Assembly: GCA_017523925.1 (NCBI GenBank)
Contig: JAFWVQ010000027.1
Span: 5,018 to 69,017 of the forward strand
Direction of reading: 5' to 3'
Length of the DNA: 64,000 bases
Origin: Clostridia bacterium
GTDB lineage: Bacteria; Bacillota; Clostridia; Christensenellales; CAG-138
The translations under genes were made by a program, and so were the position numbers. Position 1 is the first letter of the stretch. Each line of letters opens with the position of its first letter. This document shows positions 44,504 to 55,112 of this stretch, one piece after another. The notes under the pieces were generated by a model that saw only the letters and a list, made by a program, of their open reading frames with translations, had not been told where the DNA came from and made no database searches.

Positions 44504-45532
44504 TCACGGCTCATACGGCGTTCCGTTCACCTCGAAGCACACCTCATCCACGCTGCCGAACCGGCTTGCCGTCATCATAACGGAATTCATTGCAAGCGAG
44601 AACAGCCCCGGCTGCTGCTCGATCGCCGCGAAGTCCTTGGAGCAGTTCACCGTCAGCACTCCGTTTTCTATCGCCGCGCCGAGTATCAGCGTGTTTTGCG
44701 GGAAGCAGCCGCGCAGGCCTTTGAGCTTCGTTCCCTCGGCGAGCTGCGCGATCGCGGAGCCGAGCCCGCCCTTGCCGCCGACGTAGCGCGTTACCGGTAT
44801 GAACGCGCTGCCGGATTCAGTCGGGAAGTAGAGCGTGAGCACGGTGTAATCCCCCGCCGCCGACGCTTCGAGCGAATCCTGCTCCACGTTCAGCGCATAG
44901 CTGCCGCAGCGCTCGGGCGTGGTATTGCCGTTTTCCGTCATGCCGCTGCGTCCGTTCACCGTCAGCGTTACGGTATCCACCGAGCGGAACTGCATCAGCG
45001 TGTTCACCACGGCAGCGAACATCGCCCTCTCAAGCTCGGCGTTATCAGGAAGGCTTGCCGAGGAGATATCGGCTATTGCCTCACCGTTTGCTATTACAAG
45101 GCTTATTCGAGCATCCTCCGGGATCGGTGCGCGCAGCCCTCTTGCGGCAAGCTCGGAATCGCTGCCGCCTCCTGCTGTCAGCCTCAGAAGGCAGGCCCGC
45201 GCTATGCCGTCCTCCGTCGGGATCTCGGTTCTAAGCGGCAGCACGAAGCCGTCGTCCGTAAGATAGTGGAGGATAACGCTCGTCATTTTGACACTTTCGC
45301 CCTTTTCGCCGCTTTCGCCTTTTTCGCCGACTTCGTGCACCGCGTCCACGCCCTGCTTGGGAGTCAGGTCCATCTCGGGCGGCGCGGCCGAGCAGGAGGG
45401 AAGCGGCGACTCGCTCGCGGGAACGGTGTTCCCTGGGTCCTCGGTTATCCCGTTCGGCACTCCCCCGCAGGCTTGCAGCGCAAGCAGCGCGGCGGCGCCC
45501 GCCGCGATGATGCATATCGTTGCGTGTTTCAT
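44504..45532 (-). CDS. GerMN-domain lipoprotein (GerM-like)
   Basis: Lipobox LLALQAC. Two GerMN-like halves (e.g. LTLYFPTESGSAFIPVTRYV ... VDEVCFEVNG). Confidence 0.6.
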   Translation of the reverse strand: MKHATICIIAAGAAALLALQACGGVPNGITEDPGNTVPASESPLPSCSAAPPEMDLTPKQGVDAVHEVGEKGESGEKGESVKMTSVILHYLTDDGFVLPLRTEIPTEDGIARACLLRLTAGGGSDSELAARGLRAPIPEDARISLVIANGEAIADISSASLPDNAELERAMFAAVVNTLMQFRSVDTVTLTVNGRSGMTENGNTTPERCGSYALNVEQDSLEASAAGDYTVLTLYFPTESGSAFIPVTRYVGGKGGLGSAIAQLAEGTKLKGLRGCFPQNTLILGAAIENGVLTVNCSKDFAAIEQQPGLFSLAMNSVMMTASRFGSVDEVCFEVNGTPYEP

Positions 45533-45757
45533 ACTTTTTCTCCCTTCGCGCAGGTTTGTTTACAGGTAAATTATATTGCAATTTCGATTTCATATGCCCG
45601 CTTTGCCTTTTCATTTGGCGTTTTTTCGCGCAAAGGCCGACCCGCCTGCTCCGCAAGCCCGTATTTGTTCAAAATTCCATTGACAGCGGTATGCGTTGCA
45701 ATTATAATATTGTTTGTTCGGATACGGACGCAAACTACATATCATCAGGAGGAATCT

Positions 45758-47743
45758 ATGAAGATCCGTAAGCTCTTCGCCGCACTCATCGCGCTCGCGA
45801 TGGTTTTTGCGGCAGTCCCCGCCCTCTCCCTTGCCGAAGGCACCGCAGCCGTTGCAGGCGAAGCGGCAGCCATGGCAAAGCTCGACTCCGCTTGGGCCGT
45901 TCTTGATAAGGTCGAAGCAGAGGCGATTGCTTCCGGCATGGACAAGACCGCGGTTATCGGCGCAGTTTACGCTGCTGCGCTCAACCTCGAGAACGTCGAC
46001 CTCGACGGCTTCTCCGACTTCGATGAGGACGGCTTCTTCTTCACCGTTGACGGCATGTGCTGCGTGTATGACTATCGCCTCAGAAACGAGATCGACAACA
46101 GCGCAAAGCCCGTCACCGAGAAGGTCGTTTTTGTTAAAGGCAGCGGCTCCGAGCTCCGCGATGCGGAAAGCCCGAACGTTTTCCTTATCGCGCCCTACTA
46201 CGGACATGACAACAGCTTCACCGATCAATATAAGAACGAGGCTCAGTCCATCGCCAGGGAGACCGGCGGCGACTATCTGCTCATCCAGAGCACCGCTGCA
46301 ACCGGCCCCGCCATCGCAGAGAACTTCACCGACAAGGGCGTTGTTTTCTTCGACAGCCACGGCACTCAGAGCGGCACCTCCTCCTACCTCTGCCTGACCA
46401 CCAACGCGGGCATCACTCAGGAGGACTACAACAACGGTTGGGCGGTTCGCGCAGGCAGCGCCGCTTATATCGACGGCCGCTACGTTGAGAACCACGTCAA
46501 CGCGACCCTTTCCAATCCCCTTGTTTGGATGGCTATCTGCGAGGGCATGAAGCGCCAGGGTCAGGGCACCACCGGCGCCGCACTGCTCCGCGCGGGTGCG
46601 GGCTGCGTTTACGGCTATTCCCAGAGCGTTACCTTCGCGGGCGACTACGAGTATGAGGAGACCTTCTGGACCGCCATGAAGGAGGACGCCGCCACCGTTG
46701 CGGAAGCCTACGCGCTCATGACCTCCACCCACGGCATCCCCGATCCCTACGGCAACGCTTATCCCATCGTAATGAGCCCCGTGGACTCCTTCCCCGACAA
46801 CCCCGACGGTCCCCAGGTCGTTAACTGCGATTGGACCCTCTTCGGCGCTCTCAATCCCGTTGAGCTGACCGACTACAGCCTCAGCATAAGCACCCTTCAG
46901 CTCTACGAAACCTATCAGTACACCGTCAGCTTCAACCGCGTTCCCGAAAATGCGAACGCCTACGAGCTTGTTTGGACCAGCTCCAACCCCGCCGTTGCTT
47001 CCGTTAGCGGAAACAGCCGCAGGGCAGTCATCAACGGTGTCTCCGCAGGCAGCGCAGTTATCACCTGCGCCGTTATGGTGAACGGCCAGCTCTCAGGCAC
47101 CGCCACCGTTGATGTTACCGTTGTTCCCAACACCGCACTGTTTGATTCTCTGAATGCGGACGGCGGCACCCTCATGTTCGATTCCACCGGCGAATATCGT
47201 TTCCTCGCCGAGGAAGCCGACGGCAGGCTCTACGCCGTTTCCGGCAACAGGGGCGCAAACAACAGCACCGCCGCGCTCACCCTCAGCCTTCCCATGCAGG
47301 CGGGCGAGACCCTCAGCTTCGACTATTTCCACAGCACCGAGCAGAACTACGACTTCTATTACTTCAAGGTCAACGGTCAGCAGATGCAGCGCCTCTCCGG
47401 CGAGTCCAACGGCTGGAAGGAATACGTCTACACCGCCGCGAGCGACGGCACCTATAACTTCGAGTGGAGCTATGTTAAGGATCCTTACGTCGGCGACGGC
47501 GAGGACTGCGTTAAGATCGACAACGTTCGCTACTCCGGCATGGGCGTTCCCGCTCCCGACGGCGACATCGACGGCAGCGGCTCCGTCAACGTTTCGGACG
47601 GCATCACCGCTCTGCGCATCGCGATGGGTCTTCTCACCGCATCCGAGCAGCAGCTTGCGCACGGCGACGTCGACGGCGACGGCAGCATCAACATGGGCGA
47701 CGCGATCACCATCCTTCGCATGGCGATGGGTCTGATCGACTGA
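45758..47743 (+). CDS. secreted clan-CD (gingipain/C25-like) cysteine peptidase with Big_2-like, beta-sandwich and dockerin modules
   Basis: Start ATG 45758 follows AGGAGG, with a signal peptide. His/Cys dyad context VVFFDSHGTQSG and WMAICEGMK. Dockerin GDIDGSGSVNVSDGITALR ... GDVDGDGSINMGDAITILR. Confidence 0.7.
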   Translation: MKIRKLFAALIALAMVFAAVPALSLAEGTAAVAGEAAAMAKLDSAWAVLDKVEAEAIASGMDKTAVIGAVYAAALNLENVDLDGFSDFDEDGFFFTVDGMCCVYDYRLRNEIDNSAKPVTEKVVFVKGSGSELRDAESPNVFLIAPYYGHDNSFTDQYKNEAQSIARETGGDYLLIQSTAATGPAIAENFTDKGVVFFDSHGTQSGTSSYLCLTTNAGITQEDYNNGWAVRAGSAAYIDGRYVENHVNATLSNPLVWMAICEGMKRQGQGTTGAALLRAGAGCVYGYSQSVTFAGDYEYEETFWTAMKEDAATVAEAYALMTSTHGIPDPYGNAYPIVMSPVDSFPDNPDGPQVVNCDWTLFGALNPVELTDYSLSISTLQLYETYQYTVSFNRVPENANAYELVWTSSNPAVASVSGNSRRAVINGVSAGSAVITCAVMVNGQLSGTATVDVTVVPNTALFDSLNADGGTLMFDSTGEYRFLAEEADGRLYAVSGNRGANNSTAALTLSLPMQAGETLSFDYFHSTEQNYDFYYFKVNGQQMQRLSGESNGWKEYVYTAASDGTYNFEWSYVKDPYVGDGEDCVKIDNVRYSGMGVPAPDGDIDGSGSVNVSDGITALRIAMGLLTASEQQLAHGDVDGDGSINMGDAITILRMAMGLID

Positions 47744-47802
47744 TCCCGCTTGAAACCGGGCTTTTCCGGCCTTTCGGCCGAGGCCCAGAGCACCGAACAA
47801 AG

Positions 47803-47836
47803 CACGGGCATCCCGATGGGGGCGCCCGTGTTTTTA
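47803..47836 (+). terminator. rho-independent terminator
   Basis: CACGGGC...GCCCGTG followed by TTTTTAT. Confidence 0.6.
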
Positions 47837-48061
47837 TATGAATACCGGTCGAAAACGCCTGCGTTTTTATCAAAGCGCAACAGGGGGCGATATATCTTTA
47901 ATTTTCATATAATATAAATCCAAATTCTTTGCAAATTCAATTGACAAACGCACGAAACGTGATAAAATATAAGTGTAATGCGGATGCTGCAAAAGGCTTT
48001 GCATTTTGAGCGTTCGCAGAGCCCCGTCAAGGGAAAAATCTAATCATATGGAGGAAACCAA

Positions 48062-50065
48062 ATGAAGATTCGTAAACTCCTCGCCGCAGCGCTTGCGGTC
48101 GTGATGGTCCTTGCGGCCGTCCCCGCGCTCTCACTCGCTGAAGGCACCGCAGCTCTCGCCGGCGAAGCTAACGCTATGCGTAAGCTTGACACCACCTGGG
48201 CAGCGCTTGAAAATGCCGAGCAGGCCGCCATGGCTTCCGGTATGGACCGCAACAAGGTCATCAACGCTGTTTATCAGGCAGCCCTGAATCTCCCCAACGT
48301 TGATAAGGACGGCTTCTCCGATTTCACCAAGGACGGCTTCTTCTTCACCGTTGACGGCATGTACTGCTCCTACGACTATCGTCTCAGGAACGAGCTCGAC
48401 ACCAACGTCGCTCCCATTCCCGAGACCGAGAAGGTCGTTCTTGTTAAGGGCAATGCAGTTGCCACCAAGGACGCCGAGTCCCCCAACGTATTTCTGGTAG
48501 CTCCCTACTACGGCCATGACGGCAGCTTCACCAACCAGTACAAGGAAGAAGCTCAGTCCATCGCCGAGGCTACCGGCGGCGACTACCTGCTCATCCAGAG
48601 CACCGCAGCCACCGGCCCCGCTATCGCAGAGAACTACACCGACAAGGGCGTTGTTATCTACGACAGCCACGGCACCCAGAGCGGTACCTCTTCCTACCTC
48701 TGCCTGATCACCAATGCGGGTATCACCCAGCAGGACTACAACAACGGTTGGGCTGTCAACGCCGGTTCCGCCGCTTACATCGACGGCCGCTACGTTGAGA
48801 ATCACGCCAACGGCACCCTCTCCAACTGCATTGTTTGGATGGCCATCTGCGAAGGCATGAAGCGCCAGGGCCAGGGCACCACCGGCTATGCACTTCTCCG
48901 TGCGGGCGCAGGCATCGTTTACGGCTACTCCCAGAGCGTTACCTTCCGCGGTGACTACGAGTACGAGGCCGAGTTCTGGACCCACATGAAGGACGGCGAG
49001 ACTGTTGCCGAGGCTTACGACGCAATGATCGACCGCTATGGTATCCCGGATCCCTACGGCGATGCTTACCCCATCGTTATGAGCCCCGACGATCCCTTCC
49101 CCTCCAACCCCGATGGTCCTCAGAACGTTAACTGCGACTGGATCCTCTACGGCAATGCCGAGCCCGTTGAGCTCGTCAACTACAGCCTCGACAAGGATTC
49201 CGTTCAGATCTACCTTGGCATGAGCGAGCAGGTCAACTTCGTCCGCGTTCCCGACAATGCTAACCAGTATGAGCTTGCTTGGTCCAGCGCTAACGCTTCC
49301 GTCGCGACCGTTGCGGGCAACAACCGCAAGGCAACCATCAACGGCGTTGGCATCGGCGTTACCACCGTTACCTGCACCGTTAACAGCGTAAACGGCCAGC
49401 CCATCGGCACCGCGACCGTTGCTGTCACCGTTGTTGAGGATACCTCCCTCCGCGACGCTCTGAACGTTGAGGGCGGCTCCATCGCTTTCTCCAGCGTTGG
49501 CAACTATCCCTTCGTAGCTGAGCAGGGCGACGGCAGGTTCTACGTAAAGAGCGGCAACGCAGGTCAGTCCAGCTCCACCTCCACCCTCACCACCGTTATC
49601 GAGATGGAGGCGGGCGAGACCCTTACCTTCGATTACCTGAACAGCTCCGAGACCAACTACGACTTCTTCAACTTCAACGTGAACAGTCAGCAGGTTCTCC
49701 ACCTGTCCGGTTCGAACCAGACCAACTGGACTACCTACACCTACACCGCGGCTTCCGCAGGCACCTACACCTTCACCTGGTCGTTCGTTAAGGACTACAG
49801 CGTGAACAACGGCGAAGACTGCGTCAAGATCGACAACGTGGTTTACTCCGGCGATCCCGGCCCCGCGGCTCCCTCCGAGCCCGGCGACGGCGATGTTGAC
49901 GGCAACGGCAGCGTATCCGTTTCCGACGCGCTCATCGCTATGCGTATCGCTATGGGTACCCTCGAGGCGACCGAGACTCAGATGGCTCACGGCGACCTCG
50001 ACGGCAACGGCAGCATCTCCATGGCTGAGGCTCTCGAGATCATGCGTGTTGCTATGATGTCCTAA
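48062..50065 (+). CDS. secreted clan-CD (gingipain/C25-like) cysteine peptidase, tandem paralog with the same module order and a dockerin
   Basis: Collinear with 45758..47743 along its whole length (VVIYDSHGTQSG, WMAICEGMK). Dockerin GDVDGNGSVSVSDALIAMR ... GDLDGNGSISMAEALEIMR. Confidence 0.7.
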   Translation: MKIRKLLAAALAVVMVLAAVPALSLAEGTAALAGEANAMRKLDTTWAALENAEQAAMASGMDRNKVINAVYQAALNLPNVDKDGFSDFTKDGFFFTVDGMYCSYDYRLRNELDTNVAPIPETEKVVLVKGNAVATKDAESPNVFLVAPYYGHDGSFTNQYKEEAQSIAEATGGDYLLIQSTAATGPAIAENYTDKGVVIYDSHGTQSGTSSYLCLITNAGITQQDYNNGWAVNAGSAAYIDGRYVENHANGTLSNCIVWMAICEGMKRQGQGTTGYALLRAGAGIVYGYSQSVTFRGDYEYEAEFWTHMKDGETVAEAYDAMIDRYGIPDPYGDAYPIVMSPDDPFPSNPDGPQNVNCDWILYGNAEPVELVNYSLDKDSVQIYLGMSEQVNFVRVPDNANQYELAWSSANASVATVAGNNRKATINGVGIGVTTVTCTVNSVNGQPIGTATVAVTVVEDTSLRDALNVEGGSIAFSSVGNYPFVAEQGDGRFYVKSGNAGQSSSTSTLTTVIEMEAGETLTFDYLNSSETNYDFFNFNVNSQQVLHLSGSNQTNWTTYTYTAASAGTYTFTWSFVKDYSVNNGEDCVKIDNVVYSGDPGPAAPSEPGDGDVDGNGSVSVSDALIAMRIAMGTLEATETQMAHGDLDGNGSISMAEALEIMRVAMMS

Positions 50066-50105
50066 TCAGGTCAAGTCCAAGTAAGTAAGGAGCTTTGCTC
50101 CAATG

Positions 50106-50139
50106 CCGACCGTCCGGTTCACCGGGCGGTCGGTTTTTT
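50106..50139 (+). terminator. rho-independent terminator
   Basis: 12-bp stem CCGACCGTCCGG-TTCA-CCGGGCGGTCGG followed by TTTTTT. Confidence 0.85.
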
Positions 50140-50214
50140 ACCGGCGCTTTTCGTCCATTGCAGGTATCGCTGCGGCGATGGCGTGCAATATACTATTTAT
50201 TGTCGAAAAAGCCC

Positions 50215-50243
50215 TTGACATACCCCTTGCCTTCGTGTATAAT
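50215..50243 (+). promoter_or_regulatory. consensus promoter TTGACA-17-TATAAT for the tRNA gene
   Basis: Read directly. The -10 ends 19 nt before the tRNA 5' end. Confidence 0.7.
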
Positions 50244-50262
50244 AGTCAAGCAATCGAGATTT

Positions 50263-50338
50263 GCCCAGTTCGTCTAGTGGCCTAGGACACCGCCCTCTCA
50301 CGGCGGCGGCAGGGGTTCGACTCCCCTACTGGGTGCCA
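50263..50338 (+). tRNA. tRNA-Glu (anticodon CUC), CCA encoded
   Basis: Manual cloverleaf: acceptor GCCCAGT/ACTGGGT, D stem GTCT/GGAC, anticodon stem CCGCC/GGCGG with loop CTCTCAC, T arm AGGGG-TTCGACT-CCCCT. Length 76 nt. Confidence 0.9.
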
Positions 50339-50341
50339 AAA

Positions 50342-50373
50342 GCAGTGATCCGTTTCGGATCGCTGCTTTTTCG
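50342..50373 (+). terminator. rho-independent terminator after tRNA-Glu
   Basis: GCAGTGATCCG-TTT-CGGATCGCTGC followed by TTTTTCG. Confidence 0.8.
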
Positions 50374-50636
50374 TTTGCCGCATTTTCGTTTGCCGCTTTT
50401 TCGTTTCCGCTTTCCTACGCTCTTGCGTTGCCTTTTTGTTTACTTCTTTCCATGCCCCCTTGCTCTGCCTTACTTTGCCGCTTTATTCGATTGCTTGCGC
50501 TACGCTTGTCTTTCCCTATCCCCCTCCCTTTCACCTCTCCCTTTCACCTGCCCTTCCCCCTCGTCCCTATTGCCTTTCTTCTGCTCCCTCCTTGCTTTTT
50601 TACTTGCCTTTTGCCATCCCTCGATCTTTCGAGATG
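50374..50636. repeat. strand-asymmetric pyrimidine (C/T)-rich low-complexity tract with a 13-nt tandem duplication (50524-50549)
   Basis: Read directly. CTCCCTTTCACCT occurs twice in tandem. The tract lies between two terminators. Confidence 0.7.
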
Positions 50637-50666
50637 CAAAAAAGCGGACCGGCGATGCCGATCCGC
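50637..50666 (-). terminator. rho-independent terminator of ftsH
   Basis: The minus strand reads GCGGATCGGCATCGCCGGTCCGC followed by TTTTTTG. Confidence 0.75.
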
Positions 50667-50738
50667 AAAAGGTATTATTCGATTGTGTGCGCTTCGTGCG
50701 AAGCTTTTGCAGCAATGCCGCGCTTCGCTCTGCCCGCC

Positions 50739-52772
50739 TTACTCGCCGTCCGCAGTGGTGGTCTGGGCGGTGTCGCCGTCAGCCGAAGCTTCAGCTTCCG
50801 CGTGTTCACCGTCATTTGCCGCAGGCTTTTCGTCGGTGGGCTCAACGTATTCCCTGCCCTCGAACACGGCTGCAAACTCCGCGCCGGTGATCTGCTCCTT
50901 TTCAAGCAGCCTCGCCACCACGCGCTCGATCGCATCGCGGTTTGCGTCCAGAATATCCACGGCGCGCTTCGACTGCTCGGTGAGGATGCGGTGTATCTCG
51001 CGGTCGATATCGGCGGCGAGATCCTCGGAGAAGTTCTGCTGATGCCCGAAGCTCTTGCCAAGGAAGACCTCCTGCCCTCCGGAGAGGTAGACGGGGCCGA
51101 TCTCATCGCTCATGCCGTACTCTGTGACCATGCTGCGCGCGATATTCGTGGCGTTCATAAGGTCGTTCTGAGCGCCGGTGCTGATATCGGAGAGAAGCAG
51201 CGTTTCCGCGGCCCTTCCGCCGAGCATCACGGCTATCATATCGAGAAGCTTGTTCTTAGTTACGTGCGTATAGGTATCCTGCGGGAGCATGCGGGTGTAG
51301 CCCGCCGCCTGGCCGCGAGGTATAATAGAAAGCTCGTGCACGGGCTCGCCCTGCGGGGTGCAGTGCGCAACGACCGCATGGCCGACCTCGTGGTACGCCG
51401 TGGTGCGAAGGTCCTCCGCGGTCACGGTGCGGCTCTTCTTCTCGGGGCCGTACAGAACGCGCTTGATCGCCTCGTCGATATCGAAGGGGTTGATCTGCTT
51501 GCGCTTAGCGCGCACGGCGAGGATCGCGGCTTCGTTGAGGATATTCTCAAGATCGGCGCCGGTGCAGCCCGGGGTGAGCTTGGCGATCTTCTCAAGGTCG
51601 ACGTCGTCGGTGAACTTTTTCTTGCGCGCATGGACCTCGAGGATCTCCTTACGGCCCTTCACGTCGGGATAGTTGACGGTGATGCGGCGATCGAACCTGC
51701 CGGGACGGAGCAGCGCGGGGTCGAGCACGTCCGGCCTGTTGGTGGCCGCCATGACGATGATGCCGAGGTTGCTCGAGAAGCCGTCCATCTCAACGAGGAG
51801 CTGGTTGAGCGTCTGCTCCCTTTCGTCGTGTCCGCCGCCGAGACCCGCGCCGCGCTGACGGCCGACCGCATCGATCTCATCGATGAAGATGATCGCGGGG
51901 GCGCTGCGCTTGGCGGTTTGGAACATATCGCGAACGCGGCTCGCGCCGACGCCCACGTACAGCTCAACGAACTCGGAGCTGGAGATGGAGAAGAACGGAA
52001 CGTTCGCCTCACCCGCAACCGCGCGCGCGAGCAGGGTCTTACCGGTGCCGGGAGGGCCAACGAGCAGAACGCCCTTGGGGATCCTCGCGCCCATGTCGGT
52101 GAATTCCTTGGGGTTCTTGAGGAAGTCGACGATCTCCTTGAGCTCCTGCTTCTCTTCATCGGCACCCGCAACGTCCTTGAAGGTGTTTTTGATACCGAGC
52201 TCATCGGCGGTGCGTGCGCGGCTCCTTGCGAAGTTCGCACCCTGCTTGCCTCCGTTTGCACGGGAGATCATGACCACCGTCATGATGAGTGCGCCGAACA
52301 GCAGCAGGTACGGCAGAAGCATGATGTACCACGGGGTGCCGGGCTGCGGGTTCAGCTTATAGTCGAAGCCGTAGTCGGACACGGTCACGTTATCGGCCGA
52401 TTCATACGAGTCCGAATAGCGCGAAGCAACGAGCTTGCTCATCTCGGTTTGGAACGCCTCCGCCGAGCCGACCGTTACGTAGAAGTCGTAGGTCCTGCCG
52501 TTCTTGAACTTCTCGAACTCCTCCTCGGTTGCGCCCTCGGTGTACATACCGAACAGCGTTTCCTCGGTGATCTGCACGGCGAAGACCTTGGTGTTTTGCC
52601 CGCCGGGCTCCTGCGTCATGCCGGACCTGACGAGAGAGTAGAATTCGGTCGTACGGAGCTGATCGGGCTTTTTGGTGAGGCCCTCGTTTCCGAACATTAT
52701 CATTGCAACAAACACGCCGAGTATCACAAGATAGATCAGCAGCGTTGTGATCCTGATTCTGGGCTTTTTCAA
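50739..52772 (-). CDS. ftsH: ATP-dependent zinc metalloprotease FtsH
   Basis: AAA+ Walker [12 protein letters not shown], Walker B IIFIDEID, zinc motif HEVGHAV. TTG start lies 6 nt after AAGGAGG. Confidence 0.95.
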   Translation of the reverse strand: MKKPRIRITTLLIYLVILGVFVAMIMFGNEGLTKKPDQLRTTEFYSLVRSGMTQEPGGQNTKVFAVQITEETLFGMYTEGATEEEFEKFKNGRTYDFYVTVGSAEAFQTEMSKLVASRYSDSYESADNVTVSDYGFDYKLNPQPGTPWYIMLLPYLLLFGALIMTVVMISRANGGKQGANFARSRARTADELGIKNTFKDVAGADEEKQELKEIVDFLKNPKEFTDMGARIPKGVLLVGPPGTGKTLLARAVAGEANVPFFSISSSEFVELYVGVGASRVRDMFQTAKRSAPAIIFIDEIDAVGRQRGAGLGGGHDEREQTLNQLLVEMDGFSSNLGIIVMAATNRPDVLDPALLRPGRFDRRITVNYPDVKGRKEILEVHARKKKFTDDVDLEKIAKLTPGCTGADLENILNEAAILAVRAKRKQINPFDIDEAIKRVLYGPEKKSRTVTAEDLRTTAYHEVGHAVVAHCTPQGEPVHELSIIPRGQAAGYTRMLPQDTYTHVTKNKLLDMIAVMLGGRAAETLLLSDISTGAQNDLMNATNIARSMVTEYGMSDEIGPVYLSGGQEVFLGKSFGHQQNFSEDLAADIDREIHRILTEQSKRAVDILDANRDAIERVVARLLEKEQITGAEFAAVFEGREYVEPTDEKPAANDGEHAEAEASADGDTAQTTTADGE

Positions 52773-53051
52773 TCCAACCTCCTTATCGGGAATGCACAGT
52801 GCGCCATTCCCCCATTAAATCTTACCCGCATATAATACCACAATTCGCACTGCTGCGCAAACATATTTTTTTACAATTATGGTGCAAATTCGGTTCAGAA
52901 TTGCGGCAGCGGCTTTTTTGCATCCGAGATGCGGCCGCAAAGCCGCCATGGCGCCCTATCCCCGCCGGTCGCACGGGCTTGAATTATCCGCGCTTTTCGG
53001 ATATAATTCAGTTATCTCAAATCCGAGAATCACATGATATGGGAGGGCTCC

Positions 53052-54713
53052 ATGCTAACTCTAAACAATATCCCCTGCGAATACCGCGAGGGCAAGACCA
53101 TTATGGAATATATCCGCGAGCTCGGGCTCGACAGCGACCGGCTTACCGAACGCCCGCTTGCCGCGATGATCGGGGGCGCGATCTACAACCTCGACTACGC
53201 GCCCAAGTTCGAATGCGACATTCGGCTCTCCTATTTCAAGGAGGAGGTCGGCAGGCGCGTTTACGAGCACACGCTCCAGTTCGTGATGCTGCTTGCCATG
53301 CGCAAACTCTTCCCGAAGCATAGGGTGATAGTTCAGTATGCTGTCGGAGAGGGCATTTTTATGCATATCAAGGGTGAAACGCCCTTCACCGATGAAAACG
53401 TGGATCAGCTCAGAAGCGAGATGCGCGCGATCGCAAACGGCGCTCATCGCTTCCTGCGCCGCAGGCTCGATATCAAGGAGGCGCTCGATTTCTACACCGC
53501 CGACGGTCAGAGCGACAAGGTGGCGCTGCTTGAATGGCGCAAATTCAATTATTTCGACACATATTCCTGCCCGACCTACAGCGGGTATATGGATTATTTC
53601 TACGGCGAGCTCACGCCCGATTCAAGCTACGTTAAGGTTTTCGATCTGCACAGGCTGGACAGCGCGCTGATACTGATGATGCCGTCGAGGGAGGATCCCT
53701 CCCTGCCCGCCGAATACGCGCAGAGCCCGCGAATGCTGGCTGTTTTCGAGCAGACGGATGATTGGGGCAGGCTCATGCGTGCCGCAACGGTGAACGAGCT
53801 GAACCGCCGCGTTGAGGACGGCAGCATAAGGGAGCTTGTGCGCATCAACGAGGCGCTCCACGAGAAGAATTACAGCCGCATCGCCGACGAGATCATCAAG
53901 CGCGGCGCGAAGGCGATCATGATCGCGGGCCCGTCATCCTCGGGCAAGACCACCTCGGCTAACCGCATAGCGACCCAGCTTCGCGCCGACGGGCTCGACC
54001 CCGTCATGCTTTCGCTGGATGATTATTACATCGACCGCGACAAGATGATCCCCGATGAGAACGGCGAGCTGGATCTTGAGCATATAGACGCGCTGGACAC
54101 CGCGAGGTTTGCAAGCGACCTTCGCATACTGCTCGACGGCGGCGAGGCCGAGATCCCGCATTTCAACTTCCTTACGCAGAAGCGTGACGGCTATGCCCCG
54201 CTCAAGCTCAAGAAGGATCAGCCGCTGATCATCGAGGGCATACACGGGCTCAACCCCGTTATGATCAAGGGCATCGCTCCTTCGGACGTGTTCCGCATCT
54301 ACGTTTCCGCGCTGCCCACGATGAATCTGGACGATCACAATCGGATCCATACCTCCGACCTGCGCCTGCTGCGCCGACTCGTGCGCGATCACGCGAGCCG
54401 CGGCGCGAGCATGGAGCATACGCTTGGCATGTGGGACAGCGTTCGCCGCGGCGAAACGCGCTGGATCTTCCCGTATCAGGAGAACGCCGATCGGATCATC
54501 AACACCACGCTGCATTACGAGCTTGCCGTGATGAAGAAATACATCTATCCGCTGCTGCTCGAGGTGCCGCGCGAGAGCGAGTATTACTGCGCAGTTCGCT
54601 CGATAGTAAAGTTCCTCAACTACGTGCTTGAAGCCGAGATAGAGGACGAGATCCCGCCCACCTCCGTGATACGCGAGTTCATCGGCGGGAATACCTTCTA
54701 CCGCAAAAGCTGA
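53052..54713 (+). CDS. uridine kinase/phosphoribulokinase-family nucleoside kinase with an N-terminal TGS/ThrRS-like domain
   Basis: P-loop IAGPSSSGKTT followed by LSLDDYY. Start ATG 53052 follows GGGAGGG. Confidence 0.7.
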   Translation: MLTLNNIPCEYREGKTIMEYIRELGLDSDRLTERPLAAMIGGAIYNLDYAPKFECDIRLSYFKEEVGRRVYEHTLQFVMLLAMRKLFPKHRVIVQYAVGEGIFMHIKGETPFTDENVDQLRSEMRAIANGAHRFLRRRLDIKEALDFYTADGQSDKVALLEWRKFNYFDTYSCPTYSGYMDYFYGELTPDSSYVKVFDLHRLDSALILMMPSREDPSLPAEYAQSPRMLAVFEQTDDWGRLMRAATVNELNRRVEDGSIRELVRINEALHEKNYSRIADEIIKRGAKAIMIAGPSSSGKTTSANRIATQLRADGLDPVMLSLDDYYIDRDKMIPDENGELDLEHIDALDTARFASDLRILLDGGEAEIPHFNFLTQKRDGYAPLKLKKDQPLIIEGIHGLNPVMIKGIAPSDVFRIYVSALPTMNLDDHNRIHTSDLRLLRRLVRDHASRGASMEHTLGMWDSVRRGETRWIFPYQENADRIINTTLHYELAVMKKYIYPLLLEVPRESEYYCAVRSIVKFLNYVLEAEIEDEIPPTSVIREFIGGNTFYRKS

Positions 54714-55112
54714 CGCCGACGCGCGAAGCGAACAAAAGCGAAGAACGACGGACGAAAAACGGGACCGCTGAAGCCGAGCTCAGACGGTCCCTGCATTTTG
54801 CCGCAAAACTGCGCTTCGAACGCTTAAAACGGGCATTTTATGCCGCTATGAGCCGCATTTTTGATTTTGGGGGTCGAATTTCGTATATTATTTCGTTTGC
54901 CGTCGGAGCGTCTGAGATACAAGCAAAAAGTAAGTGTATATTCTCAAGAAAAATATTGACCGTATCGACAAAAAATGGTATAGTTACATTTGTTACTGCG
55001 GAAGTTTCGCTTGAGCGTGCGGACTGCCGTCCGTTTGCTGTCGATCTGCGCTGTTTTTTTGTGGGAACGATGAGCTTTTACCGCCGTAATGATTCTTGGA
55101 GGTATAAGCTTG

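Noticed and set aside
44696-45757. N-terminal 354 codons of the 1015-aa ORF 44696..47743.
   Set aside because: This part is antisense to the well-supported GerM-like gene, Arg/Ala-rich and lacks an SD. The real start is ATG 45758, with AGGAGG and a signal peptide.
48131-49990. Very long antisense ORFs. Examples: 48131..49990 (-), 60397..62313 (-), 50436..52835 (+), 26268..27728 (+), 28529..30100 (+), 31768..32841 (+), 56512..57894 (+), 45611..46732 (-).
   Set aside because: These are shadow ORFs typical of high-GC DNA. They have Gly/Ala/Arg/Val-rich low-complexity translations and no SD. In every case the opposite strand carries unmistakable conserved motifs (peptidase, EF-G, FtsH, GH32, ABC ATPase, GdhA).
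50261-51042. ORFs 50261..50890 and 50428..51042 translated from the C/T-rich tract.
   Set aside because: They are low-complexity Pro/Leu/Ser/Phe translations overlapping the tRNA, two terminators and the ftsH 3' end. They have no SD.
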